Source: Octopus sinensis
Taxonomy: Eukaryota
Length of the DNA stretch: 64,000 nt
NCBI RefSeq assembly: GCF_006345805.1
Contig: NC_042997.1
Span: 200,446,001 to 200,510,000, forward strand
Reading direction: 5' to 3'
Shown piece by piece: positions 53,381 through 64,000 of the stretch. The notes under the pieces are model-generated. The model made no database searches. It saw only the letters and a list, made by a program, of their open reading frames with translations, and had not been told where the DNA came from. Each line of letters opens with the position of its first letter. Position 1 is the first letter of the stretch. The position numbers and the translations under genes were made by a program.

Positions 53381-53892
53381 TTGTAGTTCTTTGACTTTTC
53401 GACCATCACAAGCATATTCGAATGTCTGAATGTCAGGGATCATAAATTAATGTTATTCGTTATTTTCATAATAGCGTGATTACGACAAGTAATTAGTAGG
53501 GAAAAAAAGAAAGAAAAACCGCTTTTAAGGGATACAAAAGCAAATAAATGTTAGAGGGTTCAAACTTAGTTGAAGTTATAAATGTTTCAAATATCTTTAT
53601 TGAATGCCTGATTAAATAGTTTAATAAGAATTTCTTGTGTGACCCATTCAAGCACAAAAAGTGAATGTTAAAATTAATATATGTTAAAAGACAGAATTTA
53701 TAATTGATTAATTAAGGAATATTTACAAAGTAATTTGCAAAGGTACATGGCTCAGTGGTTGGGGTATTTGGTGGACAATCATAAGTTCTTGGGGGTAGAT
53801 AACTTAGATAACTTAGACTGGTTTCAGCCCTTATCAGCCCAGGCCATGACTAACTCAATAGCACCACCAGGAAAAGTCTTTTAGTTAATTAT

Positions 53893-54178
53893 CATCATCA
53901 TCATTGGTTAATATCCGCTTTCCATGCTGGCATGGGTTGGACGGTTTGACTGAGGACTGGTGAGCCAGAAGGCTGCACCAGGCTTAATCTGATCTGGCAA
54001 TGTTTCTACAGCTGGATGCCCTTCCTAATGCCAACCACTCCAAGAGTGTAGTGGGTGCTTTTATGTGCCACCGGCACAGGAGCCAGTCAGGTGGTTCTGG
54101 CAACAACCATGCTCAAAAGGTGTTTTTACGTGCTACCTGCACGGGAGCCAGCCCAGCAGCACTGGCAACATCCATGTA

Positions 54179-54256
<78 letters not shown>

Positions 54257-54545
54257 TGTATATATATGTATATATACATTATATATATATATATATATAT
54301 ATAGAGTGTAGTGGTGATTTTATGTGCCACCGACACAGGTGCCAGCCTCGTCTGGCACCTGTGTCGGTGGCACATAAAATCACCCACTACACTCTCGGAG
54401 TGGTTGGCGTTAGGAAGGGCATCCAGCTGTAGAAACACTGCCAGATCTGACTGGACTGGTGCAGCTTTCGGGCTCCCCAGACCCCAGTTGAACCGTCCAA
54501 CCCATGCTAGCATGGAAAGCGGACGTTAAATGATGATGATGATGA
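53893..54545. mobile_element. Two family D SINEs head-to-head around (TA)n
   Basis: Minus-strand copy ~53893-54175 and plus-strand copy ending 54545, both with the (GAT)n tail. Confidence 0.8.
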
Positions 54546-54727
54546 TATACATGTATGTTTCATGTTATTTGCATCATTAGCGACGTCCTGTACCCATATA
54601 TGCATGTATGTATATATATATATATATATTATTTATGATTTATATATACACACACATGTGTATGTATGTATTTTTGTATATATATATGTGTTTGTGTGTG
54701 TATATATATATTGCTAGTGTGTTTTCG

Positions 54728-54784
<57 letters not shown>

Positions 54785-55774
54785 TTTTTGTCTTCTTTAT
54801 AGTTTTGATTGCACAGCTGGTGTATTGGTATTGAGAATGATTGAGTGATTAGTTGGTTTAGATGAGGAATTTCTCAGCTACTCTCGAAGCCTACCACAGC
54901 TTTTGCCAGGTTTCAAAGGAACCATTTTATTATGTTACCAGGAGTAGGATTTGAAGTCAGAATTCACAGAACTCGAACGAATATCACAAGATACTCTCTC
55001 CGATGCCATTACCACATTGCCGATTCAAAGCTGCACATGCACACAGATACAAACACAACACATACAACAACAACACACATATATGCACACACATGCGTGG
55101 AAACGTACATGTGCACGTAGAAACATATGCATACAGCTATGTTGGCACACTCCTATGAATGCATTCCAACATACGCAGAAACATTTCTAAACAGACATTT
55201 AGTGATTCACAGAAAGGAAACACAAGACGCATTTGACTGGGAGAAATTAGCTGGAAATGATGGAATCAGAGTAAACATGAGAAAACATAGATTTAAACAT
55301 AAGGTTTATAACTTGTGAGAGATTACTCAGAGAAAGCCAAGTGAAAGTCTACATTCTCACAAGAAACGGTGATTCCAATTAATGGGAAACACTTGCAATC
55401 CTATTATAATGTGTGGCCTGATAGGCCTTTTAGTGTTTTCTGCATAAAATCAGCTTAGATATCGATTTATTTCAAAGGGAAATTGTTTCTTTGCTGTGAG
55501 AAAGATGAAAATTGTGATGGATTCAGTGCAATGAGATAACAGGTTGGAAACGATTGACCTCTTAGCTGCTGTTTGACTGGGATTTATAAATGGAGGTGCA
55601 GTTTTACAACAGCTCACCAAAATTCTTTCTACAGATGAAAGAGCTAACGATGGAGTTTTTATTTGATCTGCTTGAAATAGCAGCCTGTATCTCTATCACG
55701 TCACAGCTTGCCTTCTAAAAAAATGAAAGGATACGTTGGAAGGGGTAGAAATAAAAATATATCATCATCATTAT

Positions 55775-55913
55775 AGATGCAGCAGTGGCTGCGTGGGAAG
55801 AAGCTTGCTTCCCAACCACATGGTTCTGGGTTCACTTCCACTGCATGGCACCTTGGGCAAGTGTCTTCTACTCTAATCTCAGGCTGATCAAAACCTTGTG
55901 AGTGGATTTGGTC

Positions 55914-55950
<37 letters not shown>

Positions 55951-56440
55951 CATATATAAAAGCACCATTTGAGTGTGGTTGATGCCAGTGCCGCCTGACT
56001 GGCTCCCATGCTGGTGGCGCATTAGAAGCACCCACTACACACTTGGAGTGGTTGGCACGAGGAAAGGTATCCAGCTGTAGAAACATTGCCACAACAGCCT
56101 CCTGATTTGCCAGTCCTCAGTCGATAAGTCCAACCCATACCACCATGGAAAGTAGAGGTTAAACGATGATGATGATGATGATAATGATGATATGTGTGTG
56201 TGTGTGTGTGTGTGCATGTGTGTGTGTATTTGTGTGTCTGTGTTTGTCCCTCCACCATCGTTTGACAACTGACGCTAGTGTGTTTACGTCTCCATAACTT
56301 AGCAGTTCAGCAGAAGAGATCAATAGAATAAGTACTAGGCTTAAAAAGAATAAATCCTGTGGTCAATTTGCTTGACTAAAAGGTGTTGCTCCAACATGGC
56401 CACAGTCATATGACTGAAACAAGTAAAAGAATAAAAGAAT
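55775..56440 (+). mobile_element. SINE family A with a family D SINE nested in its internal microsatellite
   Basis: A 5' half 55775-55915, D ~55960-56190, A 3' half 56190-56440. Confidence 0.8.
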
Positions 56441-56544
56441 ATCTTTTTTATTTTCAGTTTAATGACCACCCAGAATGGCTTTGATCATAACTCTGATTGA
56501 TCAGGATAGCCATGGGCAATATGATATCTACTAAACTCTATCAT

Positions 56545-56561
56545 CATCATCATCATCTCTG

Positions 56562-56600
<39 letters not shown>

Positions 56601-56835
56601 GTGTTTTAAATCCGGGTTTTGTTGCCATTAATGGGGGTGGTTGGATCTACCTCAATGCCATAGCAACCGAGGTAGGGAGATGCAGCCCACCCCGACCTTT
56701 GGGCTGGCTGGTGCCCATTCTCCTTTGCTACGATCAGGCTTTCTTTGGAGCTGGATTTTCTACGGGGAGCATGCCCTTGATAGCCCCCAACCTCAGTTTT
56801 TAGATATGAGTGGTTCTGAGACCGAGGCCTCTACC
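56545..56835 (-). mobile_element. Probable further SINE family with (GAT)n tail
   Basis: GC-rich segment ending at an (ATC)n tract; only one copy seen. Confidence 0.45.
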
Positions 56836-56904
56836 ATGATTTTTAAGAAATTTGGTGGAAAACTAGCTCAGGAAGCTACCTACCTACATATATATCACTG
56901 TGAT

Positions 56905-57205
56905 CACCGTGACCGACCAGGCTATCAGATGTTGCTACACATCGCTGGTCACAATGAGCTTTGCATTGTTTCAGCATTCAAATGACGCCACCCCGCTGGC
57001 TAAGCGAGCAGGCTAACAGAAGAAAGAGTGAGAGAAAGTTGTAGTGAAAGAGTACAGCAGGGATCGCCCACCCACCTGCCAGAGCCTCGTGGAGCTTTGG
57101 GTGTTTTCACTTAATAAACATTCACAACGCCCGGTCTGGGAATCAAAACCGCGATCCTACGACTGCGAGTCCGCTGCCCTAACCACTGGGCCATTGCACC
57201 TCCAT
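56905..57205 (-). mobile_element. SINE family C
   Basis: GAAAGAGTACAGCAGGG..GAGCCTCGTGGAGC..CCCTAACCACTGGGCCATTGCACCTCC. Confidence 0.85.
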
Positions 57206-57254
57206 ACCTACACATTATATATATATATATATATATATATATAATGTATATATG

Positions 57255-57320
<66 letters not shown>

Positions 57321-57389
57321 TATAAATATATATATATATAATTATAAGTATATGAAAGAATGGAGTTGAACGACTAGTTAACAAATATC

Positions 57390-57481
57390 CTTTATTCTCG
57401 ACATATGTTTCGAAGGCTGCATATTCCTAATTCCGAAGGAATAAGGAGTACATTATGCAGATTTCTCATCAGGAAATAAAG
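57390..57481 (-). ncRNA. Canonical type I hammerhead ribozyme, GUC cleavage site, long stem II
   Basis: CUUUAUUUC-CUGAUGA-GAA..CUGCAUA..UAUGCAG..UUC-GAAA-CAUAUG-U-C-GAGAAUAAAG; C17 corresponds to position 57400. Confidence 0.85.
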
Positions 57482-57644
57482 ATACAAATTTCCGCACGAA
57501 GACACGTAGTCTATGCCCTAGGGACGTAGCTTCAACCGTGTTCTTTCTGATGTGAATTTGCTACCCAGGTATCGGTTATCTTTCGAATTATCCTTAATAA
57601 GATAATTCATTCAATTACTCAAATATATATATAATTATATACAT

Positions 57645-57917
57645 ATGCCAGCCTCGCCTGGCCCCCGTGCCGGTGGCACGTAAAAAGCACCATCCGTCCG
57701 TGGCCGTTTGCCAGCTCCATCTGGCACCTGTGCGGGTGGCACGTAAAAAGGACCCACAACACTCACGGAGTGGTTGGCGTTAGGAAGGGCATCCAGCCGT
57801 AGAAACACTGCCAGATCAGACTGGGCCTGATGCAGCCTTCTGGCTTCACAGACCCCAGTTGAACCGTCCAACCCATGCTAGCATGGAAAGCGGACGCTAA
57901 ATGATGATGATGATGAT
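57645..57917 (+). mobile_element. SINE family D
   Basis: GTGCCGGTGGCACGTAAAAAGCACC units and a complete tail. Confidence 0.88.
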
Positions 57918-58099
57918 ATATATATATATATATATATATATCAGATGTTCCCAGATGGTGTTATTATAGTCATTTTATTTTGGTTCTCTAGTTCATGATA
58001 ACTTATTCTAAATTAAAAAAACAAAAAATCTCACAAAAACATATATATATAATCAAAATAAGCAATAAGGATTTCTAAAGGTAGTGCAGTACGATTGTT

Positions 58100-59510
58100 T
58101 CATGTGACTTCATTTAATTAAACAATTCAAGTATTACATCAATTTTAAAATGTAGAGCAATCTTCAGCTGCATATAAAAAATATAAAATTTTAGTTAAAT
58201 TGAAAAGATTCATATTTATACTTATTCCATTTACCAACATCACAAAGAGGGTAAGTAGATAGACAGAGAAACCAGTTTCATCAGCAGAAACATGGTAGTA
58301 ATTAATATTTATTCATGGAGACACTGCTTATCACTGGTTTTACTTTGCTATTTAGATTTACTATTGGGGGAGGGGGTTTAATATTATTCTATTAAGTCTA
58401 GTGGAGACAACACCAAGAACCTATCTTTTATAGATAGCTGAATAGACAGTTCAGGTGGCAGAGCCATAAATCAAGTTCTCTTTAAAGAACCTATTTGGTA
58501 CAGTTGAATGTATTTCAGCTAAAATTAGTAGGCCAAAGCTAATGGAGTAGGGAGAATAGAAACTTCTAATACTTAACTATTTAACAGCCATAATCCTACT
58601 TGTGATTTGAAATAAATAGATATATCTTAGATAGTTTTTTTTAAAGAATTCGAATAATTTTAGTATCTTATACAATATAGGGATGGGGAATATAGAAATA
58701 AATTCATATTTATATAAATATAAATCAAATTAATATAAATTTATAGTTAATTAATAAATAGTAATTTATTGGTATTAATGAGTTAAATTATTTCATATAT
58801 TATCTGCATGTTAATGATTTTAGAATGTATTTACTTGAGTTATAAAATAGATAGTGAATTATAACAGTATGGTTCTGTATAGGATAAATGTGAACCTAAT
58901 AGAAATGTATTATCGGCAAGATGATATAATGAGTAAATGAGTAAGATAAAATGGTTTAAAATTTTAGTGAAGGAAATTTAAATCAGTAAATTGAAAAATG
59001 AAATTATTTTAGAATATAGTAGATAAGGAGTAGACTAGATTTGCATTCCAAAATCTTATTATAGAATATACCTCGCTTATTTATAATAGCTGAGGTAAGC
59101 TGCTATAAGAAAATGCTTAATAATTACATTATAATTTTATAATTACTAGACTAAAATTAATATTTATTTATCATGGGAGTTGTCGTGTAAGATTAGTGTT
59201 TAATATCGGGTGAAGAAATGATCAAACTTTTGGTTAAAAATTATATTAATAATAAGACCATTATAGAAATAGAGACTAAATAACATACATATTATTTTCT
59301 ATTCATTATCAGGTTTTGAATATTAATTAAGGGGATTTAGAAGAACTTTTTATGAGAATATTCTTAGTAAATAAGGTATTAATTGGCAAACATATCAAAA
59401 ACTTTTTAATATAATGGAAGGGAGGCAACCAAGATGAAAGTTCTTAGAATTAGGAATATTTAAATTTAGTATTCAAGAATGAAGTATGGTTTATATGGGG
59501 CATAATAATT
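58100..59510 (+). mobile_element. Very old L1/Tx1-like ORF2 C-terminal relic
   Basis: Broken motifs FKEPIWY, KIL(Y)RIY, EIET..H, LVNKVLIGKHI in the expected order; many stops. Confidence 0.45.
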
Positions 59511-60039
59511 GGTAGAATTTGAACTCAGAATGTAAAAACAGATGAAATACCACTAAGCATTTTGTCCGGTGTGCTAACAATTCTGCCAGCTCGCTGCCTT
59601 CTAAAGAGGAAAATATTACTATCAGCAATTATTCTGATTTGCAGACTTGCTCAATGAAGTATTTTTTTATTATATACTTTAGATTTTTATTGATCTCTAT
59701 TGAGTGACTGTGTTTACCAGAGTTACATAACATTGAGTATTTATCTCCATTGTATGGATTTAATCACCAATTTAAATTGGGATACACAAACACAAACAAC
59801 ACATGCATATACAAATACACACATACATAGACAAACACACACACACAAACACACACACACACACAAACACACATGTATACACATACATGCATGCACACAT
59901 GTCTATGTATGTGAATATGTGTGTTATTGGCTGTGTTCTTAAGACGTTAGTTATCTAACCTCATGGATTTGGCTCCAGTGCCACTGTATGGCACATTGTG
60001 CAAGGGCTTTTTCACTATAGCCATATGTTGACTAAAGCT

Positions 60040-60710
60040 TTCATCATCATCATCATCATTTCACATCTGTTGTCCATGCTGGCATGCGTTGGATGGTTTG
60101 ACCAGGGCTGGTAAGCTGGAAGGCTGCACCAGACCCCAGTCTGATTTGGCATGGTTTTCTATGGCTGGATGCCCTTCCTAATGCCAACCACTCTGAGAGT
60201 GTAATGGGTGATTTTACATGCTAGTTGCACAGTTGCCATTTGCATGATACCAGTATCTGCCACGACTACAATTTTGCTCAGCTTGATGGGTCTTCTTCTC
60301 ATTGACATAATGTCAAAGGTCTCGGTCATTGCCTCCATGTGGCCCAACACTCAAATGGAGCACAGCTACTTTGCCTCTGTGAGGCCCAAAAGAAGCCCAT
60401 CCTCTGTGTGTGTGTGTGTGTGTCTCCTTGTCTTAACATCATGTTATAGTGGTAAACAAGTTTCGCCATCATACAAATGAAGTTGTTTGTTTTTGGTCTT
60501 TTGTGGAAGCATTAACTTGCTTGAAAGCATGTGAGGTTTAGTGAGAGGAAGTGCATCCAGCCATAGATAATCCACCTCATCTAATTTTCACTGATCCATG
60601 CAAGACTGGAGAAGTGGACATTAAAACAATTGTAATGATAATGACGATGACAATGATGATGATTGTGCACCAGCATGGCCTCAGCCTTTGGCTGAAACCC
60701 ATAAAAGATA
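60040..60710. mobile_element. Mosaic of SINE fragments (family D on both strands, plus a CR1-type tail)
   Basis: D tail on the minus strand at 60045-60200; D-like plus-strand segment to 60660; CAGCATGGCCTCAGCCTTTGGCTGAAAC at ~60671-60698. Confidence 0.65.
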
Positions 60711-60789
60711 CTAGATGTACTTGCTATGACCTGCTGGGTCACAACCACCCCAAGTTGAAAATGTCAATGCACAGCGGGAAAGGAAAAAA

Positions 60790-61500
60790 ATTACTATTTT
60801 GAACTTCATGCAATAACATTCTTAGATAATACAGTTGTCCTGCCTTTGTTGGGACAACAGAAACATGACCAAGTGTTTCTTCTTTGAAAATGTTCAAATG
60901 GCCTTCAACTTTGGTTCCTTGCTTTCTTCTTTGCCGTTCTTTGTTACTACTGTTTCAAGTGAACTACATGGGTATTTCAGCATAAAGCAATGTTTTTTTG
61001 CAAAGTCATCATTTTTTTGCAAAGTCAATATTCTGTCAATGTTGTTCTCATATGATGTTCATTGACAGCCATATATATCCTCATTATTTCTGAGCAATAT
61101 TCTTTGCTCATTTGATAGATGAAATTGCAGTCTAACTATTGCAGGTGCTTTTTCATGAATTGAAAATCCTAAAATGGGTGCAACTGCTTTGGATGGTCCA
61201 AGGAGGCAAAATGGCTGAGGTCCTTTTGAATGTTGGGCCTCAAGGAGGCAGTGACCGAGACCTTTGGTATTATGCTGTGCTTGAGAAGAAGACTCATCAA
61301 GCCGAGCAAAACTGCAGCCATGGCAGACACCGGTGTAAATATTGACTAATTTCGTTATCATTGTTTATTTAAACATCAGCTTGGTCATTTCCTTTCAGTG
61401 TGTACTTAATGACATACTTAACTCACCTCACTGAGGCAATGATTTCAAGATACAATCTGATTGTTGTTTGTTTTCCCATTCTTATGAGATTTGGTTCCCC
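60790..61500 (-). mobile_element. Decayed Helitron Rep-helicase fragment (Rep region)
   Basis: VKYVIKYTLKGNDQA..NEISQY, ILGFSIHEKAPAIVRLQFHLSNEQR, DFAKTLLYAEIP, RKQGTKVEGH, LYYLRMLLHEV match conserved Helitron motifs. Confidence 0.85.
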
Positions 61501-61954
61501 TCATTGCAACTGACCTTAGTCTATGAGGAGATAGACTCTCCATCTGTTTCTCTGCCTTTTGATTAAGATGATAAAGATTAATTTTTATTCTAAATAAAAC
61601 AGTAATTTTTCCCTTTAAGAAAAAAAAAAATTCATTTACCTGTGATTCAAAAGTATTTCATAAAAATATAGGGAGAAGTTTTATCTTTCAAGTCCAAAAC
61701 ACTCCAAAAGTTGTATAAATGATTAAGGGAATGAAAAGAAAAGAAAAACAACAGACGGATGATGATTCTTTGAAGTGTCGGCATTTTCAAGTTGATTTGT
61801 TTTTTCTTAAAGGGGGAAATGACTATTTTATTTGTAATCATTATCATCTTAATGAAATGGCACATAATTGCAAAACAAGGTGGAAAAAATAGTACTAGAA
61901 TACTGAAGGTAGAGTAATATGCTTTTTTATTGAAGCTGCAAAATCATTACAAAG

Positions 61955-61992
61955 CTGTTACTAAGGGTTTCATGTTTCCATTCATCAGACAG
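61955..61992 (-). ncRNA. Minimal type I hammerhead motif
   Basis: CUGU-CUGAUGA-AUG(GAAA)CAU-GAAA-CCCUUAG-U-A-ACAG; stem III has only 2 bp. Confidence 0.6.
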
Positions 61993-62048
61993 TTGTGAAC
62001 AAGGGTCTTGGTCATAACTGTCCAATGGACAGAAATGTGAAACTATAC

Positions 62049-62098
<50 letters not shown>

Positions 62099-62271
62099 CT
62101 ATGTATGTATGTATGTATGTATGTATGTATGTATGTATGTATGTATGTATGTATGTATGTATATATGTCTGTATATATACATATATATGCGTGTGTGTAT
62201 ATATGTGTGTGTGTGTATATATATATATCTGTGTGTGTGTATACATACATATACATACACACACACACATA

Positions 62272-63156
62272 CAAGGTGCAATGGGTAAATTGTCACCGTT
62301 CAATATTTTTAAGTTTCCTCATGCACATTGTTTTTCATTTTGTCAACTACACAATATAGTAGGGTCAGTTGGGCACCATCTGTGAGAAAAACAGCTCCAT
62401 GATGCAATTCACTCTATCAGAAATTTGGAATTGATATACTGCACTACTTGGTATTCGCACCGGAAGCTCCAATATGAACATTTCAGAGTGTTTGGGTGTC
62501 AATCTGAGGTGAGTGCAATGTGAGGACATGTACCAAGAGGGATAAAAATCAAACATCCTGTCAACATCATGGTTTTTGGAGTGATCATTAGTGATGGTCA
62601 CGTTATGCCTCCATTTATCTTTCAACACAGCCTCACACTCAATCCGGAGGCCTGCGTCAAGTGCCTGAAGGAGGTATAGCTGCCCTGGATAAAGAGGGTG
62701 GCTTCTGGAAGAGCCTATGTCTGGCAACATGACTCCGGACAATGCCACACAAGCAGGAGAACCCAGTCATGGATGTCAGACAATTTCTGTGACCACACCA
62801 CTCCAAACATCTGGCTACCTAACTCCCCAGACTGCAACTCTCTTGAATTTTGTGTGTGGGGCGCAATTGAACGAGAGACCAACAAAACTCCTTTTAACAC
62901 CAAAGATGAACTGAAGGCAAGGATTATGGCAACATTCACCAACTTAAAGAAGGTAACAGTCCAGAAAAGCTGCAGGAGATTCTGAAGTCGTCTGGAGGCA
63001 GTGGCTGAACTCAATGGCGATTTTATTGAGTAAATTTACTCTTTAGTATTTCAAGATATTTTTATGTAATTTTGGTAAATATATTCTGTTAAAACGAGTT
63101 GTCAGTCTTATTTTCATTTTTGCGTAATTTAGATGACAGTTTATCATTGCACCCTA
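62272..63156 (+). mobile_element. Internally deleted maT (DD37D-type) Tc1/mariner transposon with TIRs and TA TSD
   Basis: TIRs ..GGTGCAATG..TAAA.TGTCA at both ends; KHPVNIMVFGVI, YVWQHDS..CHTS, W.PNSPDCN, EL KARI motifs; 37 residues between the last two acidic positions. Confidence 0.9.
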
Positions 63157-63241
63157 TATTTACGCTAATGTATATACATATCAAATGGATGTTAAAAGAT
63201 GATGATGATATATATATATATATTAGACAAAATGAAATAAC

Positions 63242-63597
63242 AAAGCCAAGGCTGTAAGGAGTTTTCAGCACATTTATAAGAACATTTAAAAGGTATAGAT
63301 ATAGTCTTACAGCTGTTTCTGGGATATTATGGATTTCTCTTCATCAGAGACACTGTGAGATGGTTAAATAGAGGTAAACAGAGGTAAGACTATATACCTT
63401 TTCCTTTATAAATGTCTTGAAAACTCCTCACAGCCTTGGCTTTCTTATCGCATTTTATCTAATATATATATGCATACTGATACAAGACCCACATTAGACT
63501 CCTTACTCGTATCATTATCAAACCAAGAGTTTAACAATGGTCTGTCCAAAGCACTTATCATTACATGCCACTCTTTGGGTCTTCTAGATAACAATAC

Positions 63598-63600
<3 letters not shown>
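63242..63600. mobile_element. Penelope-associated foldback repeat with a central hammerhead
   Basis: Arms 63242-63309 and 63385-63443; homologous to 32040-32255; inserted in (TA)n. Confidence 0.78.
63304..63351 (-). ncRNA. Type I hammerhead motif with decayed stem II
   Basis: GUCU-CUGAUGA-[21 nt]-GAAA-CAGCUG-U-A-AGAC. Confidence 0.65.
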
Positions 63601-63637
<37 letters not shown>

Positions 63638-63646
63638 CATACATAT

Positions 63647-63710
<64 letters not shown>

Positions 63711-63714
<4 letters not shown>

Positions 63715-64000
63715 GACTGCGCTGGCTCGGACACGTCTGCCGCATGCAGGACGGTCGCATGCCTAAAGACATCCTGTACAGCCAACTCACCACGGGATCC
63801 CGACCCAAGGGACGTCCACAGCTACAATACAGGGACGTGTGCAAGCGCGACCTGAGGACTGCCAACATCTGTGTGGACACGTGGGAGGAAACAGCTGCTG
63901 ACTGCTCTGCCTGGCACCGGATGGTGAGGAAAGGCGTTTCCATGGCTGAGGAGAGCACAGCTGTGGTTGGACAGACGGGACAGGAGGAGGACAACTGCAG
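63711..64000 (+). mobile_element. GC-rich, severely 5'-truncated RTE LINE fragment running off the window
   Basis: Open frame [48 protein letters not shown], directly after (TA)n. Confidence 0.9.

Noticed and set aside
53107-53429. Poly-Leu/Ile/Tyr ORFs, and the many IYIY/CVCV/MYVC ORFs across the window
   Set aside because: They are translations of tri-, di- and tetranucleotide microsatellites.
58100-59510. Mitochondrial insertion (NUMT) suggested by extreme AT content and an LPPF-like reading
   Set aside because: No convincing mitochondrial gene or tRNA could be traced; ordered L1/Tx1-type motifs on the plus strand fit better, though that call is also tentative.
62840-62850. Glu at the third catalytic position, suggesting a DD37E transposase
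   Set aside because: The surrounding sequence is typical maT/DD37D and the copy is deleted and mutated, so a single D-to-E decay change is more likely.

Overview
AT-rich animal nuclear DNA that is almost entirely repeat-derived. The SINE families and microsatellite load look like Octopus (inferred from remembered repeat families, not verified). There is no intact host gene, tRNA, rRNA or CRISPR array; nearly all ORFs in the supplied track are translations of microsatellites or decayed transposons. Decayed autonomous elements: CR1-like, RTE, R4/Dong-like and L1/Tx1-like LINEs; Penelope-like elements (one nearly complete RT + GIY-YIG copy at 19.7-22.0 kb plus several fragments); mariner and maT transposons; and a Helitron Rep-helicase fragment. 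There are at least four SINE families and many nested insertions. The main signal not named by the ORF track is a dense set of type I hammerhead ribozyme motifs (about 6 well-formed, several more decayed) in Penelope-derived inverted or direct repeats. These include a canonical GUC-cleaving copy (57390-57481, minus strand) and a U3-A8 compensatory core variant present twice. A covarying 3' stem-loop also links the commonest SINE to the CR1-like LINE. All calls were made by eye and need computational confirmation.
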